Part shown: positions 1-12,392 of the stretch, piece by piece | Layout: the number at the start of each line of letters is the position of its first letter | How positions within the stretch are numbered: the first letter of the stretch is position 1 | Origin: Lama glama | Taxonomy: Eukaryota | Length of the DNA stretch: 64,000 nucleotides | Direction: 5' to 3' | NCBI GenBank assembly: GCA_028534125.1 | Contig: CM052832.1 | Location: 13,084,001-13,148,000, forward strand | Notes under the pieces: generated by a model | Seen by the model: only the letters and a program-made list of their open reading frames with translations | Databases searched by the model: none | What the model was told of the DNA's origin: nothing | Translations under genes and position numbers: made by a program

Positions 1-1516
1 TCTGAATTTACCACTGCTGAAGCTGAGCCTGAAGCTTGTGTCAGTTTATCCTGGTGTGCCAGTACAGCCTTGTCTCCACCCCATCCCCACCACTTCCCAC
101 TAGGCAGCAGCGTAGCCTCTCAGAGTCTGGACTGCTTCGTAGCATGTTGCCCCACTCCTGAGGTCCACCTCTGTCTGCAGAGCCAGCCTCCAGCCTCAGC
201 AGCAAGACTGTGGGGCATCAGTGATCTACAATGGGGAAACTGAGGCCTACAATGCATTTCAGGCCTCAAACCGGGAGCTGTTGGCAGAGCTGGTACCAGC
301 GTTGAGGGCTCTTGGTTTGTTGCCTGCAGTTCCTGTTTGCCAAGGCCGACAGGGCTGTGAATAGCAGTGCTGTGTGAAAGTGTAGCCCTTCCTAGATCTT
401 TGTCATACATCATCCTGTCTGACCCTCAAGGCAGGGATTGCCAGCCAGGTGATAGGAAACAAGAGGGCTTTGAAGGTAAGGGGTTCACCCTGAGTCACTT
501 CACCAGATTGGACAGAGCTGCTAGAACTCTGGTCCTGGAACCCCCCCAGACTTGCTGCTATGTCCCCCAGGTATGACCTTGGGCACCAGCCAGGGGGTCC
601 CTGGACACTGCCCATCACCTAAGGGTGTCTGGAGGGGATGGGCTAGTCTAACCCTCAGGGAGGGCAGGAAAGGGGTGAATTTCTCGCTTTATCTCTTTTA
701 ATCCTGAACATAAACATTCTGCCCCTAACCCTGCCATCAAATAACCCCCTCTCTGATAGAGGTAACCTCTGCCCCAAGTCTGGCTTCTGTCATCTGTAGT
801 CATGTCAATCTGCATGTGTCCCCCACCAGTATACAATAGTATTTTTTACTATATTTCCTACTGTATATTTGTGTATATATGTATATATTTTTTGAGATTT
901 CATTTTCCCCCACTCAATATTATGTCTGTGACATTCAGTCCATGTCAATACATATGTAGTTCTAATTATGACCCCATTTTATAGATGAGAAACTGAGGGT
1001 CCTTACTAGGTTAAGAGACTCAACCCACACCACGAGTCTTGTGGGTGGCCGAGAGAGAATCTGATCTATGTGATACGGAGCCCTCTCTCTTTCTGATTCC
1101 TGTTCTCACCTCATCTCCTTAGTACATCCCTCTTACTCTAGGTGCTGGGACCCACCCTGCTGCCTTGTTTTTATTTCTCAACTCCTTGGAAGGCAAAAGA
1201 AAGATCATTTTCACCAAGGTGTTTGGAACTCCCTGTGTTCCCACTCCCAGGGCACATGCATTTCATGCATTTTAGGAAGTGCTGGGAAGGGGTCACTGGA
1301 GTGGGAAGCAGGGCTTCAGGCCTGGCTCTACCAGATGTGTGACCAGCAAGTTCCTCTGAGCCTCAGTTTTCTCCTCCATATAATGAGGCTGCTTATGGAA
1401 GGGAGTGTCTGTGAATTATATAACATCAAGGACTCTTACTGCCTGAGAGATGAGTCTCTGAGATAGCTTCCACCCAGTGGGTGAGCGGGGTTGATGGGGG
1501 CCCTGACCGCACTCAC

Positions 1517-1687
1517 CATCTGCAGCATGTTGGCGGCTGGCGGGGATACCTGGGCTCGGTAGAGGTTGTGCAGCTCCACCATCACATGTTTTTCCTCCTC
1601 ACTGAGGGCTCCGGCAGGGCCTGTGGTGGCCACCAGCAGTAGCAGTGGCGGCAGCAGAAGCACCAGGAGGCTGCGGGAGCTGTGCAT
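1517..1687 (-). CDS. PI16: Peptidase inhibitor 16, coding exon 1 (signal peptide + start of CAP/SCP domain); gene continues beyond the left edge
   Basis: Translates MHSSRSLLVLLLPPLLLLVATTGPAGALSEEEKHVMVELHNLYRAQVSPPAANMLQM: a Leu-rich signal peptide followed by the CAP-family HNxYR...P.A.NM motif. Kozak gccaccATG; donor ATG|gtgagt at 1516; 171 nt, phase 0. Synteny with C6orf89 and PPIL1. Confidence 0.95.
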
Positions 1688-1735
1688 GGTGGCCAGTCCT
1701 CTCCGCTTCTCCCACTCAGGGGTCTGGCAGCTGGA

Positions 1736-1741
1736 TTTAAA
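1736..1741 (-). promoter_or_regulatory. PI16: TATA-like element (TTTAAA) of the PI16 promoter
   Basis: The only AT-rich hexamer in a GC-rich stretch, ~50 nt upstream of the ATG, with a GC box (ccgccc on minus) at ~1772-1777. Positional inference only. Confidence 0.45.
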
Positions 1742-3009
1742 CTCCTTCCCACATAAGCACCACCCTGGCTGGGGCGGGTGGGAGGGACTGTGTCTGGAGG
1801 CCTGGCCGGCTCACACAATGTCTCGGGGAGGGCTGGGTGCTTGGGTCCCGACCAGAGCTGAGTCCACTCCCAGCATTTATCTCCCCCTGGAGTCCTTGGC
1901 CAAAGCCTCTTTCCTCTCGGTAACAGGGGATCAGGCCAAGAGCCATGCGAATTCTGCAGTCCCCTCCTCACTTGTGGACAGGTCCTCGAGGGGCAAAATC
2001 ACAGTGACCTCTGCAAGGACTGCTTGCTCCCCAGGTCACACCCACTGGGTGCTGAGGACAGATAACAGGAAGGAAATCACATGGACCCTACCCTCGGAGG
2101 GCTGGGCGAGATGAGGAAGCTACAGGCGGCTTATGGAAGGATGGAGGAAGACAAGATGTATTTGGTAAAGGTTGGGCCAACCTAAGTCTGAATCCTGGTT
2201 CTTTTCTTTTGCTAGCTATGTTTTGGCGGCTTTCTCAACTAAATCAGTGACAGGAAATGTACTTACCTCGTGGGGCTGGAAGAAGGATTAAATCAGATCA
2301 AATATATAAAAAGCACCCAGTATAGTATCTGGCACATAGTAGACCCTCAGTAACAGTAGATAATAACCAACCAGCCTTGGAATAGGGCTTTACACTATGG
2401 ATAAAATTGTGGCTTCCACGTGCCTCCTGTGAATGCATGTGCTTGAGGTGCTCGTTTGGAAGTGAGGTGCTGGGACACCTTTCTGCTCTGAAAAATGTAG
2501 AAAGTAGAAAGTGTCTGTTTTTGTAATCAACAGAGAGCAGAAAAGCAGAGGGGTGAGTGAGCTGATGAATCAGGAGCTCTGAGGGGAGGGTATTGGAAGG
2601 GAAATAGGCCCAGTGACCAGGTACTTGCATTGTAATGACCATGCAGGGGCTGGGACCAGGGTCTTGGCCTTCATGACGCAGGAAGCTGGGACCAATACTC
2701 TTGAATTCAGCTGAGATCCTTGAAGCCTGCACTCTCAGTGAATGGGGTTCTCGGTAGTTCTGGAAATGGATGGTGGTAGTGGTTGCACAACAATGTGACT
2801 TTACTTAATGCCTCTGAACTATACACATAAAAATGGTTAAGATAGCACAATGGGCAGCATTTGTTCATCCATCCATTCATTCATTCAACAGAGATTTACA
2901 GAGCTTCTCCACTGTGCCAGGCACTGAGCTGGGTGAATAAGACAGATCTGCTTCCTCCCCGCCCCCATCATGAAGCAGGAGAACCACCAGGAAACACGAA
3001 TAGCACTGT

Positions 3010-3200
3010 GGATAAGAGGGTGGAGCTTACCAGCTGGGGGGCCTTGGACAAGCTATTTCCCTGCTTTCTGGCCTCAGTTCCCTCATCTGTAAATTGGGCT
3101 TAGAATAGAACCTATCTCCTGGGATGGTCCTGAGCATTAAATGGGTTAGTACATGGATAGGGCTTGGGATAGTGCCTGGCACATATTAAGTGTTCATTGA
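3010..3200. mobile_element. MIR SINE (one of many; others at ~2180-2350, 26340-26530, 35540-35690, 36850-37070, 39100-39220, 49010-49180, 59200-59420)
   Basis: MIR core gcctcagttccctcatctgtaaa...agtgcctggcacata. Confidence 0.7.
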
Positions 3201-3982
3201 GTTAGTCGATCTGAATGTATTCATTATTATTATTATTAATACGTGTGGGAGAAATTTCACGGCCTCAAGGGCCTCCCCCTTGGCCTGAGGGAGCTCAAAG
3301 CTGAAAGGGGAGGATGTACACACTTGAAGGGTAGAGATGCTGGTGGGTGGAGGTGATGCAGACTGAGGCAGAGATGGGGGAGCCTGGCTCACGTGAGAGG
3401 GGAGAGTGAGATGGGAACAAGACTGGGAGGCTGACCAGAGCCAGCCTGAGTGTTTGGGGACCGCTCTACAGGTGCACTTTCCCACATGGCACTCAGAGCC
3501 CATGCCATGTAGGTGATCTCATGTGACAGCTCTGAGGTGGGACTCCTAATCATCACACACGAGGAAACATGCTAAGAGAGGTAAAATGATTTCCTCAGTG
3601 TTGGGGTGGGGGAGGGGCACATCGGAGCCTGGGCCCTGCCACTGGGGAGAGAGGGAGGTTGAGGGCAGGCCAATGGTGGGGAGGGGAATGGAGGACAGGG
3701 GGAAAAGTTGGAGGAGGAGGAGGGGCAATGACAGACAGGTACATGCAGGATTGGCTGTGGCTTACATCAGCTGTTTTTCTCTTTAACCAGGACTTGGAGG
3801 AAATGTATATTTTTAAGTTATTTTCTATACGTATTTTAAATCTTTTCATTTTGAATGGCAGTATAACTCCACAACAAAAAATTAAGCCAAAGAGGGAAAA
3901 CAATTCCACCTCTAGTGTTTGCTTCTAATCTGTGAGCACATGTTAATGAAACAATAGCACATGTACAATGTTGGGTCCTGAC

Positions 3983-4108
3983 TTTTTTTTTTTTTGCCAG
4001 GGAGAGGTAATTAGGTTTATTTATTTTTTAGTGGAGGTATTGGGGATTGAATGCAGGACCTCATGCATGCTAAGCACACACCCGACCATTGAGCTATACC
4101 CTCTCCCT
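3983..4108 (-). mobile_element. tRNA-derived SINE (camelid type)
   Basis: Minus strand gggagagggtatagctcaatggt...gcatgaggtcctgcattcaatccccaatacc (A/B-box-like head), A-rich tail, target-site duplication ctgactttttttt on both sides. Confidence 0.8.
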
Positions 4109-6954
4109 CTGACTTTTTTTTCCTAGATAATTATAATTTCTCCAACTTACTCATATCTTTATAACTACTACTTTCAATGTTTGCAAAATACTCCGTGGAG
4201 TAGCTGTGGTGTAACTTAGCTAGTTCTCAAAGTTAGATATTAGATCATTAACTATTTTAGGGTCTTACAGACAATCCTGAATCACTCGCCTTTGGGCACA
4301 AAGTTTTTTCTTGTTGTGGATATTATCTTCTTAGTTCCCATTCTCACCATTGTACCTCAGCTTGCTCTTTTATTAGAATCTACACATCAGGCTCAGGCCA
4401 GATTGCTGAGTGCCTCATTCTGTGTTCTCATGGAAACAAAAGGTCACCGGCACTGAATCTAAACCACCCTGGAAGCCTTGGCTGTTGCAGTCCCAGCCAC
4501 TTGACAGTACAACAATAGTGAAGTCACCATGAAATTCTACTTTAGTTCCATCACAGTGAACTCCAAACCAGGGTTGCAGTCAATGAGAAAAAGGCAGCGA
4601 TCATTTTAAAGGACAGACAGGTGCCTCAGATAACATCAGAGCACGGGTCAGTTTAGAATGCTGAAAATAGGCGGTTCTGAATCAGGGGGTCGTAGAGAAG
4701 AAAATTCTGGGGCTCCTTTCCTCACACCCTCAGGTGTCCCTCCTGCTGGCCTAGACTCAGCTCCCACCATTCTGGCCACACTGATTTTTCCGTGTGGCCA
4801 CCCAGCACTCCGGGCTACCCACTGGTTTTTCAGACCCACGTTTCAGACAGGTCCTACTGTCCTGTCTCCTTTCCTTTCCCCCATTCTCCTCCTGAACCCC
4901 AAGTATTATCCCTCATCTGGTTTCTCTTATCTTGCTCCCCAGTCTTCAGTTTGTCCTAGACAACCTGGGCGGGGAACTCTGAACCTCTCTGAGACCCTTC
5001 TGCCCAGCGTTGTTGGGAAGTACCATGAGGGTAATGATTTGTGAATGGCCCCACCCAGTGGCTAGTCACCGCTGTCATTATAGGGCTGGTGTATGCGGAG
5101 CCTTAGGAGACTAGAAACATCTCTCAGTTCCCTGCACTGTACCTGGCACTTTCCTGGTTTGATGAGTTGTTCTCTGTCTTTGCCTCTGCTTACCCCTGTC
5201 ACCCACCCCCAACACCTCCTTCCTGTCACTCCTGCCTCAAATTAAAAGTGACACTGATTATGGAAACCCCTTTGGCCCCTCTGAATTCTTTCTCCTTGGA
5301 GCTGTTTCAGGGCCCGCCATTGACAGTCTTCTCCCTGAGATGGTGGACTGGGGAGTGTCCCTGGGGAAGGGAGCCACCATGGAAGAGGCACCTGGTTCCT
5401 GAAGGCATGAGCCTCACTCAGATGGAACCCAAGTCCACCTCAAGTCCACCTTCTCTGTATAGTGAATTATCCTTGCATTTCTGGGTCAGGGAAGGAGAGG
5501 AAGCAGGGGAGATGGGAGATGGGGCAAGGAGAGAGGAGCAGAGGAGACAGTCACAGGGATGGAGGCACAGAGAAAGGCTGGGGAGGAAGAGACAGACTGA
5601 AGGGGAAGGAGGCAGGATGAGCGCCAGAGGAAGGGAGAGAAAAAGCAAGTTAAGAAAAAAAAGCAGGTGGAAGCAGGTCAAACCCACCCAGGCTCTAAGC
5701 ATGACTGTCATTTACTAGCTGGGAAAATCATTAACCTCCTCAAACCTCACTTTGTTCATACGTAAAATGGAATAATACCACCCACCTCAGAGACTTGCTG
5801 GGGTGATTCAGTAAAATTAGTGTCAAATACTTAGCACTTGATAAATGGTAGCTGTTTTGAATCAGTGGAAAAAAGAGGCAGGAGGTGCCCAGGTGCCTCA
5901 ACGGGGGCAGAATGGGATCTGCTAATTATTCTCCTGTCTAGGGTTTCTTGGCTCTGGGATTAAGGACTGAGGGGCTCTGAGGAAAGGGCATCACCCCACA
6001 GAGGGGGCCACAACAAATTGCTCCAAAGAGGAGAGCCTGGCTGCCCCAGCCAGCCCTGAATCATAATTAGGAACCAGCACCCAGCCCAGTGGGGACAGAG
6101 GCTTCCTCTCTCCCCTGAAATGCCAAGCTTGGCCAATGCCCAAATTCTGCATCCAGGAGCCCCTTGGCCTCAGCAGGGCTGGGCACCTGGCCCAGGCCTC
6201 CCCTGGGCTACTGGCTTCCTGGTGCAGACAAATTCCTGACAGAGCACAGCTGTCCCAGGCCTCACTGGGACTCTAATGGGACGTAAGTGGCCCTCTTTAG
6301 GAATGTGGGCTGGGCTTGGTTTTGGAGCTGGGGTAGCGGAGCTTATGGGAAGGGGCATGTGGCCAGAATAGTGGGAGCTGAGTCTAGGCGAGCAGGAGGG
6401 ACACCTGAGAGGTGTGTGTGACCAGCAGGCGGCCAGGCTCTACAGGTGTTTTTGCCTGACTCGAGGCCAAGTAACCATGGCAATGAAGAACAGAGGAGTG
6501 TCCATGAAGGTGAAGGACCAGGATGGCGGCAACGGAGTGGCTGAACCGTACACATGGGACTGTGGATAACAGGCTGAGGAAGGTCAGATGTCCCCGCAGC
6601 CCGTGCCTCTTCTCCCCCCACCTTCTCCCAGGCAAGAAATTTAAGCCATTTTGGTTTCCTGCTTGGCTTATACTCAGTCTCCATCACAGTGTCTTCATGT
6701 CCAACCTATTTTCTTCAAAATTGTTTTTACTATGAAATACTTACGGCATGTAAAATATAGATGATAGTATAACAAGCACTCATTTAGCCACCACCTGACT
6801 TTGGAGATAAAACATGGAAGCCAGCATTCCCCTGATCCTGAACACTTGCCTTCCCAGACGTATTGTTGTCTCAATTTGTTGTTTGACAGTTGCATGATCT
6901 CCATTGTATTTTTACATGTATCCATGCACAATATATAGTATGTTTTAAAACATC

Positions 6955-7152
6955 AGCGCTGTCCAAAGGAACTCTCTGTGATGTGGGAAATGTTTTTTAT
7001 CTGCATTGTCCAGTATGGTAGCCACAAACGGCATGTCGTTTTTAAGCACTTGAAATGTGGTTAGTAGGACTAAGGAATTGCATTTTTAATTTTAATTAAT
7101 TTAAGCTTGAATAGCCACATGCAGGTAGTGGCTACTGCATTGGAGAGCATGG
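6955..7152. mobile_element. MER3-like hAT DNA transposon relic, within an old L1 fragment (~6700-7400)
   Basis: cagcgctgtccaa...gtagccac...aagcacttgaaatgtgg...gtggctactgcattgga, matching my recollection of MER3. Confidence 0.6.
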
Positions 7153-8262
7153 TTTAGATACTTCTAAAATTTGTTTTTCCCTTCTTTCCCTCCTCCCTTC
7201 CTTTTTTCTTTCCTCCTTTTCTAAGATTTGTTGACACTGAGGCACGTAGAGCTACCTGCTCATTTTCCCTGCCGTATGGTATTCTGTTGCATGAATACCC
7301 AGCCATCTACCTATCCATTTTCCTACTGATGAACATTTGGGCTGTTTCCTTTTTTTTCCTGCTAATACAAATGGTGCTGTAGTAATCCTTTTTGCACCTA
7401 TCTCTGCCTGTCTTTCCCAGCTTCTTCATTTCCAGCACCCGCTATGGCACAGTCCCATGACCCTAAGCTGGGTTATTCCATAGCCTCTCTGCCCCCTAGA
7501 CCCTCATTCCCCTCCTGGCACCCATCAGCCTGCCCAGTCAGGATGATTCTCAAACACCACTTTCATCATGTCTTTCCTTCTGAGGAACTCAGTGCCTTCC
7601 CACTGCATTGCATGTGATCTCACAACCTGACTCTACCCTAGGACTCACTGTGTTTGCCAACTCCTTTCTGGTCCTCTGCACACATCATGTTGTTCCTACC
7701 TCTGTGCCTTCATTTTCCATGTAAAGCAACCATTTCCTCATTCTGCAATGTCTATCTTCCTGTCTCTCCTCCACATTCTTACATCCATTAACAACTCTGA
7801 GGGCCCTGCTCAGACCTCACTTTCTCTGGGATAGTTTTCATCATGCAGCATTCATTCAGGAAATGCTCACACAGAGCCTGCCCTCACAGGAGCTCACAGC
7901 TTGGTTTTCACCAGCAACTCCAGTCTCCTCTCCCGACACCACCCCCAATTCCCTGTTCCCAGCTCTCTGTATTACCCTGGCAGTTTAGCATGGATGAAGC
8001 TTTGGAATCCAGAGAGGTGTGGGTAAGGCTGGTTATGCCAACATCCTAGGGGCACTGTCTCCCCAGTCAGATGGGCACCACCAGCCTCTGCCTCCAAGGC
8101 TGTCTCTTTTCTGGGTTCCCATTGATGGCCACTCTCTCCGTCTTCTGATGGGCACAATCTTTACATTAATGTTTTTCTGGGTTATGTCTCCATTCTGATT
8201 TCAATCAAGTCTGGGAACCATTTCTTCAGGTGGATTTGCATATCTGTTCTGATTCATCTTTT

Positions 8263-8614
8263 TTTTAAATGTATTTTTTACTGAAGTATAGTCAGTTTAC
8301 AATGTGTCAATTTCTGGTGTACAGCACAATACTTCAGTCATACAGGAACATACATGTATTTGTCTTCATATTCTTTTTCACCATCAGTTACTACAAGATA
8401 TTGAACATGGTTCCCTGTGCTACACAGTATAAATTTGTTAATTGGATTTTGTGAGAATCTTCCTGTATTTCAAAATGAGAGACACTCTGCCAGAGCTCAG
8501 TAGGTGTTCTGTGCAATTCACTGGGTTTGTAGATGTAATTCTTTGTATTCTATTGTATTTGTGGGAGAGGGTGAGCTGTGAGTCTTTCTACTCTGCCATC
8601 GTGGCCTGATTTTA
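8263..8614 (-). mobile_element. Internally deleted L1-derived element (L1 5' end joined to L1 3' end), 15-bp TSD
   Basis: TSD tctgattcatctttt at 8248-8262 and 8615-8629. The 3' half closely resembles the L1 tail at 12170-12336. The 5' half starts cacgatggcagagtagaaagac, like L1 5'UTR starts. Confidence 0.7.
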
Positions 8615-10919
8615 TCTGATTCATCTTTTATTGATACTGTTTAATTCCCAGTGTTTAGTTCTTAAAGTGCACCTTACACTTGCTCCCCATGTCTCCTCAA
8701 CAAGATTATTAAACCTCAAGGGGCTAGGAACCATATTCTTGCCTGTAACCCTGAGCCCCCAGAGCTGGACATCTGTACAAAAGCCTAACAGACCCAGCCC
8801 CTTGTGCTCTGTGCAGCTCCAGACTTGAGATGCCTGGAGATTGGCAGAGGACAGATCTGCCAGGCACTGGGGGCTGGGCAGGAGTCGGGGAACCTGGGGG
8901 CCAAGAAGTATCTTCTAGACAAAGACAGTTCTCTCCAAGGCTTCTTGAGTAAGCAGTAGGGCTGCACATCTGTGTAGAGTTTTGTTCTCAGCCAGGGAGG
9001 GATTTGTGTGGGTAGAAGGAGAATGTGGCTGCCTCTGTCCACATGTGCTGCCTGAGGGAACCAGACAGCAGGAGAGACACACAGGGCCTCTGACAGAACA
9101 TTGAAAGGCCCAGCCTCTAGCAGGAGCTGGGGATTGGTTCAGCTGAAAATGAGCTTTGGCCTTGTCCCGCAAACCCAGGCCAGACAGGGTGGAGGAAAGC
9201 ATTAAATGCTGGGAGTCAGCAAAGAGGATGAAGGTTGAGTTCAGTGGCGAGCTGTGAGGTGATATCTTCAGGTGATGTTTACAGAGGGTTTAGGATGGAA
9301 CTGGCTAAGGGGAGCCAAGGAGAGGACTCTGACGTGGGCAGGGAGCAGAAATAGACAAGCATTTCCATAAACCTAAGAGGACTGGTGGCCAGGAGCACTG
9401 GGTGGGTTCTTCTACTCCTCCTTCTACTAAGGGCCTCAGCTTCATCTCGTCATAAAAGAGGAGGGGTAGTTAGAGGATCTTTGGGATCTGGTCTAGCTCT
9501 GCCTGTGGTGATTTCAAGGATGGCTCTCGAGGCTGGAGAAGGACTGTCCACAGCAGAGGGCACAACCTAACTGAGAGAGAGGACACAGGCTGAGCATGAG
9601 AGGAAAACAGGAGCACACACGGAGCACCCCCCCTGTGCAGGGACAGAGCTGCTCCCTTCACACACCTGGTCTCAGGTATCTTTATACCAACACTCTGAAG
9701 ACAGGATTAGCCACATTGATTTAGGGACGAGGAAACCAAAACTGGAAAGGTCAGTGGAACTCTCCAAGGTCACTCTCCTAACAAGTCAGAAGTGGGATTC
9801 CTACTGAGGCCTCTGGCTCCCGAGTTCCCCGCCCTTCTACTTCGCAAGGAGGCTCCTGAGAGGCAGGGAGACCCTGTGTGGGTGTGTGTGCCTGAGTGGT
9901 TGGAAAGGAAGGGCCTATTGAGTTAGTTTTTAGATTAATGATGAATTTTCTTACATTTACTAAGTTTTCATTAACTTAGTGTTCAGTAGTTTCACTTGGT
10001 GGGGATGGAAGATAAGGAATTTTTTTAAAAAACAAGAGAGGATGGAGTACGGTAGGCAGTTGAGAAAATATGAGGTCCTGATGAGGACAGAATGAAGAAG
10101 GAGAAAGTCGACCTGAAGGAGGGAGAGAAAGTCTCAGCCGTCTACCTGGTGAGGAGGGTCCTCAAGTAAGAAAGAGCAAAGATGAGGCTTTTGTGACAAG
10201 CACTAAATACACTGCATATATCAATTACTTCGTTAACACAGTAAAATGTGAGCATTTGTAAAATCTTAGTGGTGGATACAGACATTGTTAGAATTGAAAA
10301 TGTACACAGATTATACAGAAGCAAGCAAAACATCTAGCCAGGGCTTCCACGTTAAGCACGAGACATTGAAAAGAAATGGCAGAGTGGCTATACAAGTATA
10401 TGAAGGAACATACATGTGACTAATGAAAACCAGGTCTAGAAAAAAATGCTCCCCAAGGAACAAAATATTTTCCTATAGCATTTTGAGCTACAGAAAAATT
10501 TAACAACATGAATTCAAGCAAGAAAGCAAATATGAATGCACAGAATGAGATAAAAAGGAATAAACAGAGTATTTTTATAAAATTAACACATCAGAAATAA
10601 CAAGAAACTGAATAGATGTGGCTGAAAAATAAACTGATATGGAGGGAAGACTTGAGATAATTGTGGTCAATGAGAAAAAAGACAAGTATTAAAAAGAGAG
10701 AAGACAATGGTCATAACAGATCAAGACAATAAAACAAAGGAATAAATATAGAATCTGAAACAGAGAACCTAACAAACGGAAAAGAAAAAGTATCCGTTTT
10801 AAAGAAAATATAAGACAACTTTCCCAGAATTAAGAATGGAATTGCAACTCAAAAGACACACCTTGTTCCAGGAAAAACCAATAAGGAAAAGAAAGAAAGA
10901 ATTCTTCAGGCAGATAGAT

Positions 10920-11006
10920 GAAGAAGGAGGAGGAAGAGGAGGGGAGAGGAAGAGGAGGAGGAGGGGGAGGAGGGGAAGGGGGAAGAAGAAGAAGAAGAAA
11001 GAAAAA
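10920..11006 (+). repeat. Polypurine (GGA/GAA)n low-complexity tract
   Basis: ~87 nt containing only G and A. Confidence 0.9.
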
Positions 11007-12051
11007 TAGTCACCTTCATTCTAAAGGGGAATCTTAGGCTGGCCTGTCTTGTCCCTGCCAACAGTCAATGTTGCCAAATGACAATGAAGAAATGTCTCCA
11101 AAGTTCTGAGCGAGAGAGTGATGCAAGAATATTTTACTCAGCCAAGTTGTTGTATTCAAGCATCAAGACCACAGAAACATTCTCAAACACAGAAAATACA
11201 GCATTCATGAGCCATCCTTGAAAAACTTAATGATGAAATTCGGCCAACCAAGAGTGTGAAAACAACTCAGGAATGAAGAAGTGATGGTAGAAGTACTGGC
11301 GATAAGTCACAAATCAGTTTAAATATAAAATGAAGGTTAAATAACTCGGAGAATTATGGCTTCAGAGCAGAAGGAATCGCAATGGACTCTTGATATCATC
11401 AATGTAGATATAATTTATACAAACTGGGAAGCAGAGGAAGAGATAATGTTGGAGAAAGAGCAAGCTATTTCCTCACCTTCAGAGCCTTGGACCATGCCAT
11501 CTAAAAGAAAATCTTTTTAAGAACAATTCTAGTTTCTCACTGTTTCTCATAATCTTAACTCCAGAGAGATCTTTTAGGAATTAATATACTTTTGTGGGGA
11601 AGAAATGTCTACTTCAGTTTTTTTTTCCTGCTATATTCACATAAAATTGATTTAGTGTTTTTGTACTTTAAGTAGCATAACTGAGCCCATTTTAATAAAA
11701 GCATTTCTATGTAGCCTTCTAGCTAGAAATACCCTCGAGACGCCTAGAATGCTGTTCACCTGATGTTAGTAGTTATAACTGGGTGGAGGTTTTTGTAAGA
11801 CCACTCAAGTTGTCTTCAGTTCTTTATAAGAAAATGAATCATTTTTACAGAAATAATAAAGTCATTATTCTGAAAAAATAAGATTGGTGAAATATCTCTC
11901 TTCAACATGGTGTCTACGGGCTTGTCAGTTTGATTTATTAAGAAAGCCTAAAGGACGTGTCATGTTGAAGGAATGCTCACTAATAAAATGGAATTCAAAC
12001 CAAGCAAAAAAAGACACAGGACAAAAGAAAAGTTTAAAAATATTATCATGG

Positions 12052-12336
12052 CAGAAACAGACTCACAGACATAGAAAACAAACTTATGATTATTGGAGGG
12101 AAAGAGATGGGAAGGGATAAACTGGGAGTTGAGATTTGCAGATACTAACTACTATATATAAAATAGATAAACAACAAGTTTCTTCTGTACAGCACAGGAA
12201 ACTGTTTTCAATACCTTGTAGTAACCTACACTGAAAAAGAATATGAAAATGAATATGTGTATGTATATGTATGATTGAAACATTGTGCTGTACACTAGAA
12301 ATTGATACAACATTGTAAAGTGACTACGCTACAATA
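12052..12336 (+). mobile_element. 5'-truncated L1 3'UTR (cetartiodactyl type)
   Basis: cagaaacagactcacagacatagaaaacaaacttatg...ctgtacagcacagg...aataaaaa; TSD aaaaatatt(tt)atcatgg. Confidence 0.8.
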
Positions 12337-12392
12337 AAAAATATTTTATCATGGGATAGGAATTATAACTTCTAATTAAAAGCAACCTGGAT

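Noticed and set aside
1..1516. Search for PI16 exon 2 (RWDEELA...)
   Set aside because: Not found; the short ORFs here look like non-coding intron 1 sequence.
1566..2114. 182-aa ORF antisense to PI16 exon 1
   Set aside because: Shadow ORF of GC-rich coding and promoter sequence; no recognisable protein.
5167..5718. 183-aa ORF upstream of PI16
   Set aside because: Arises from purine-rich low-complexity sequence; no domain or splice support.
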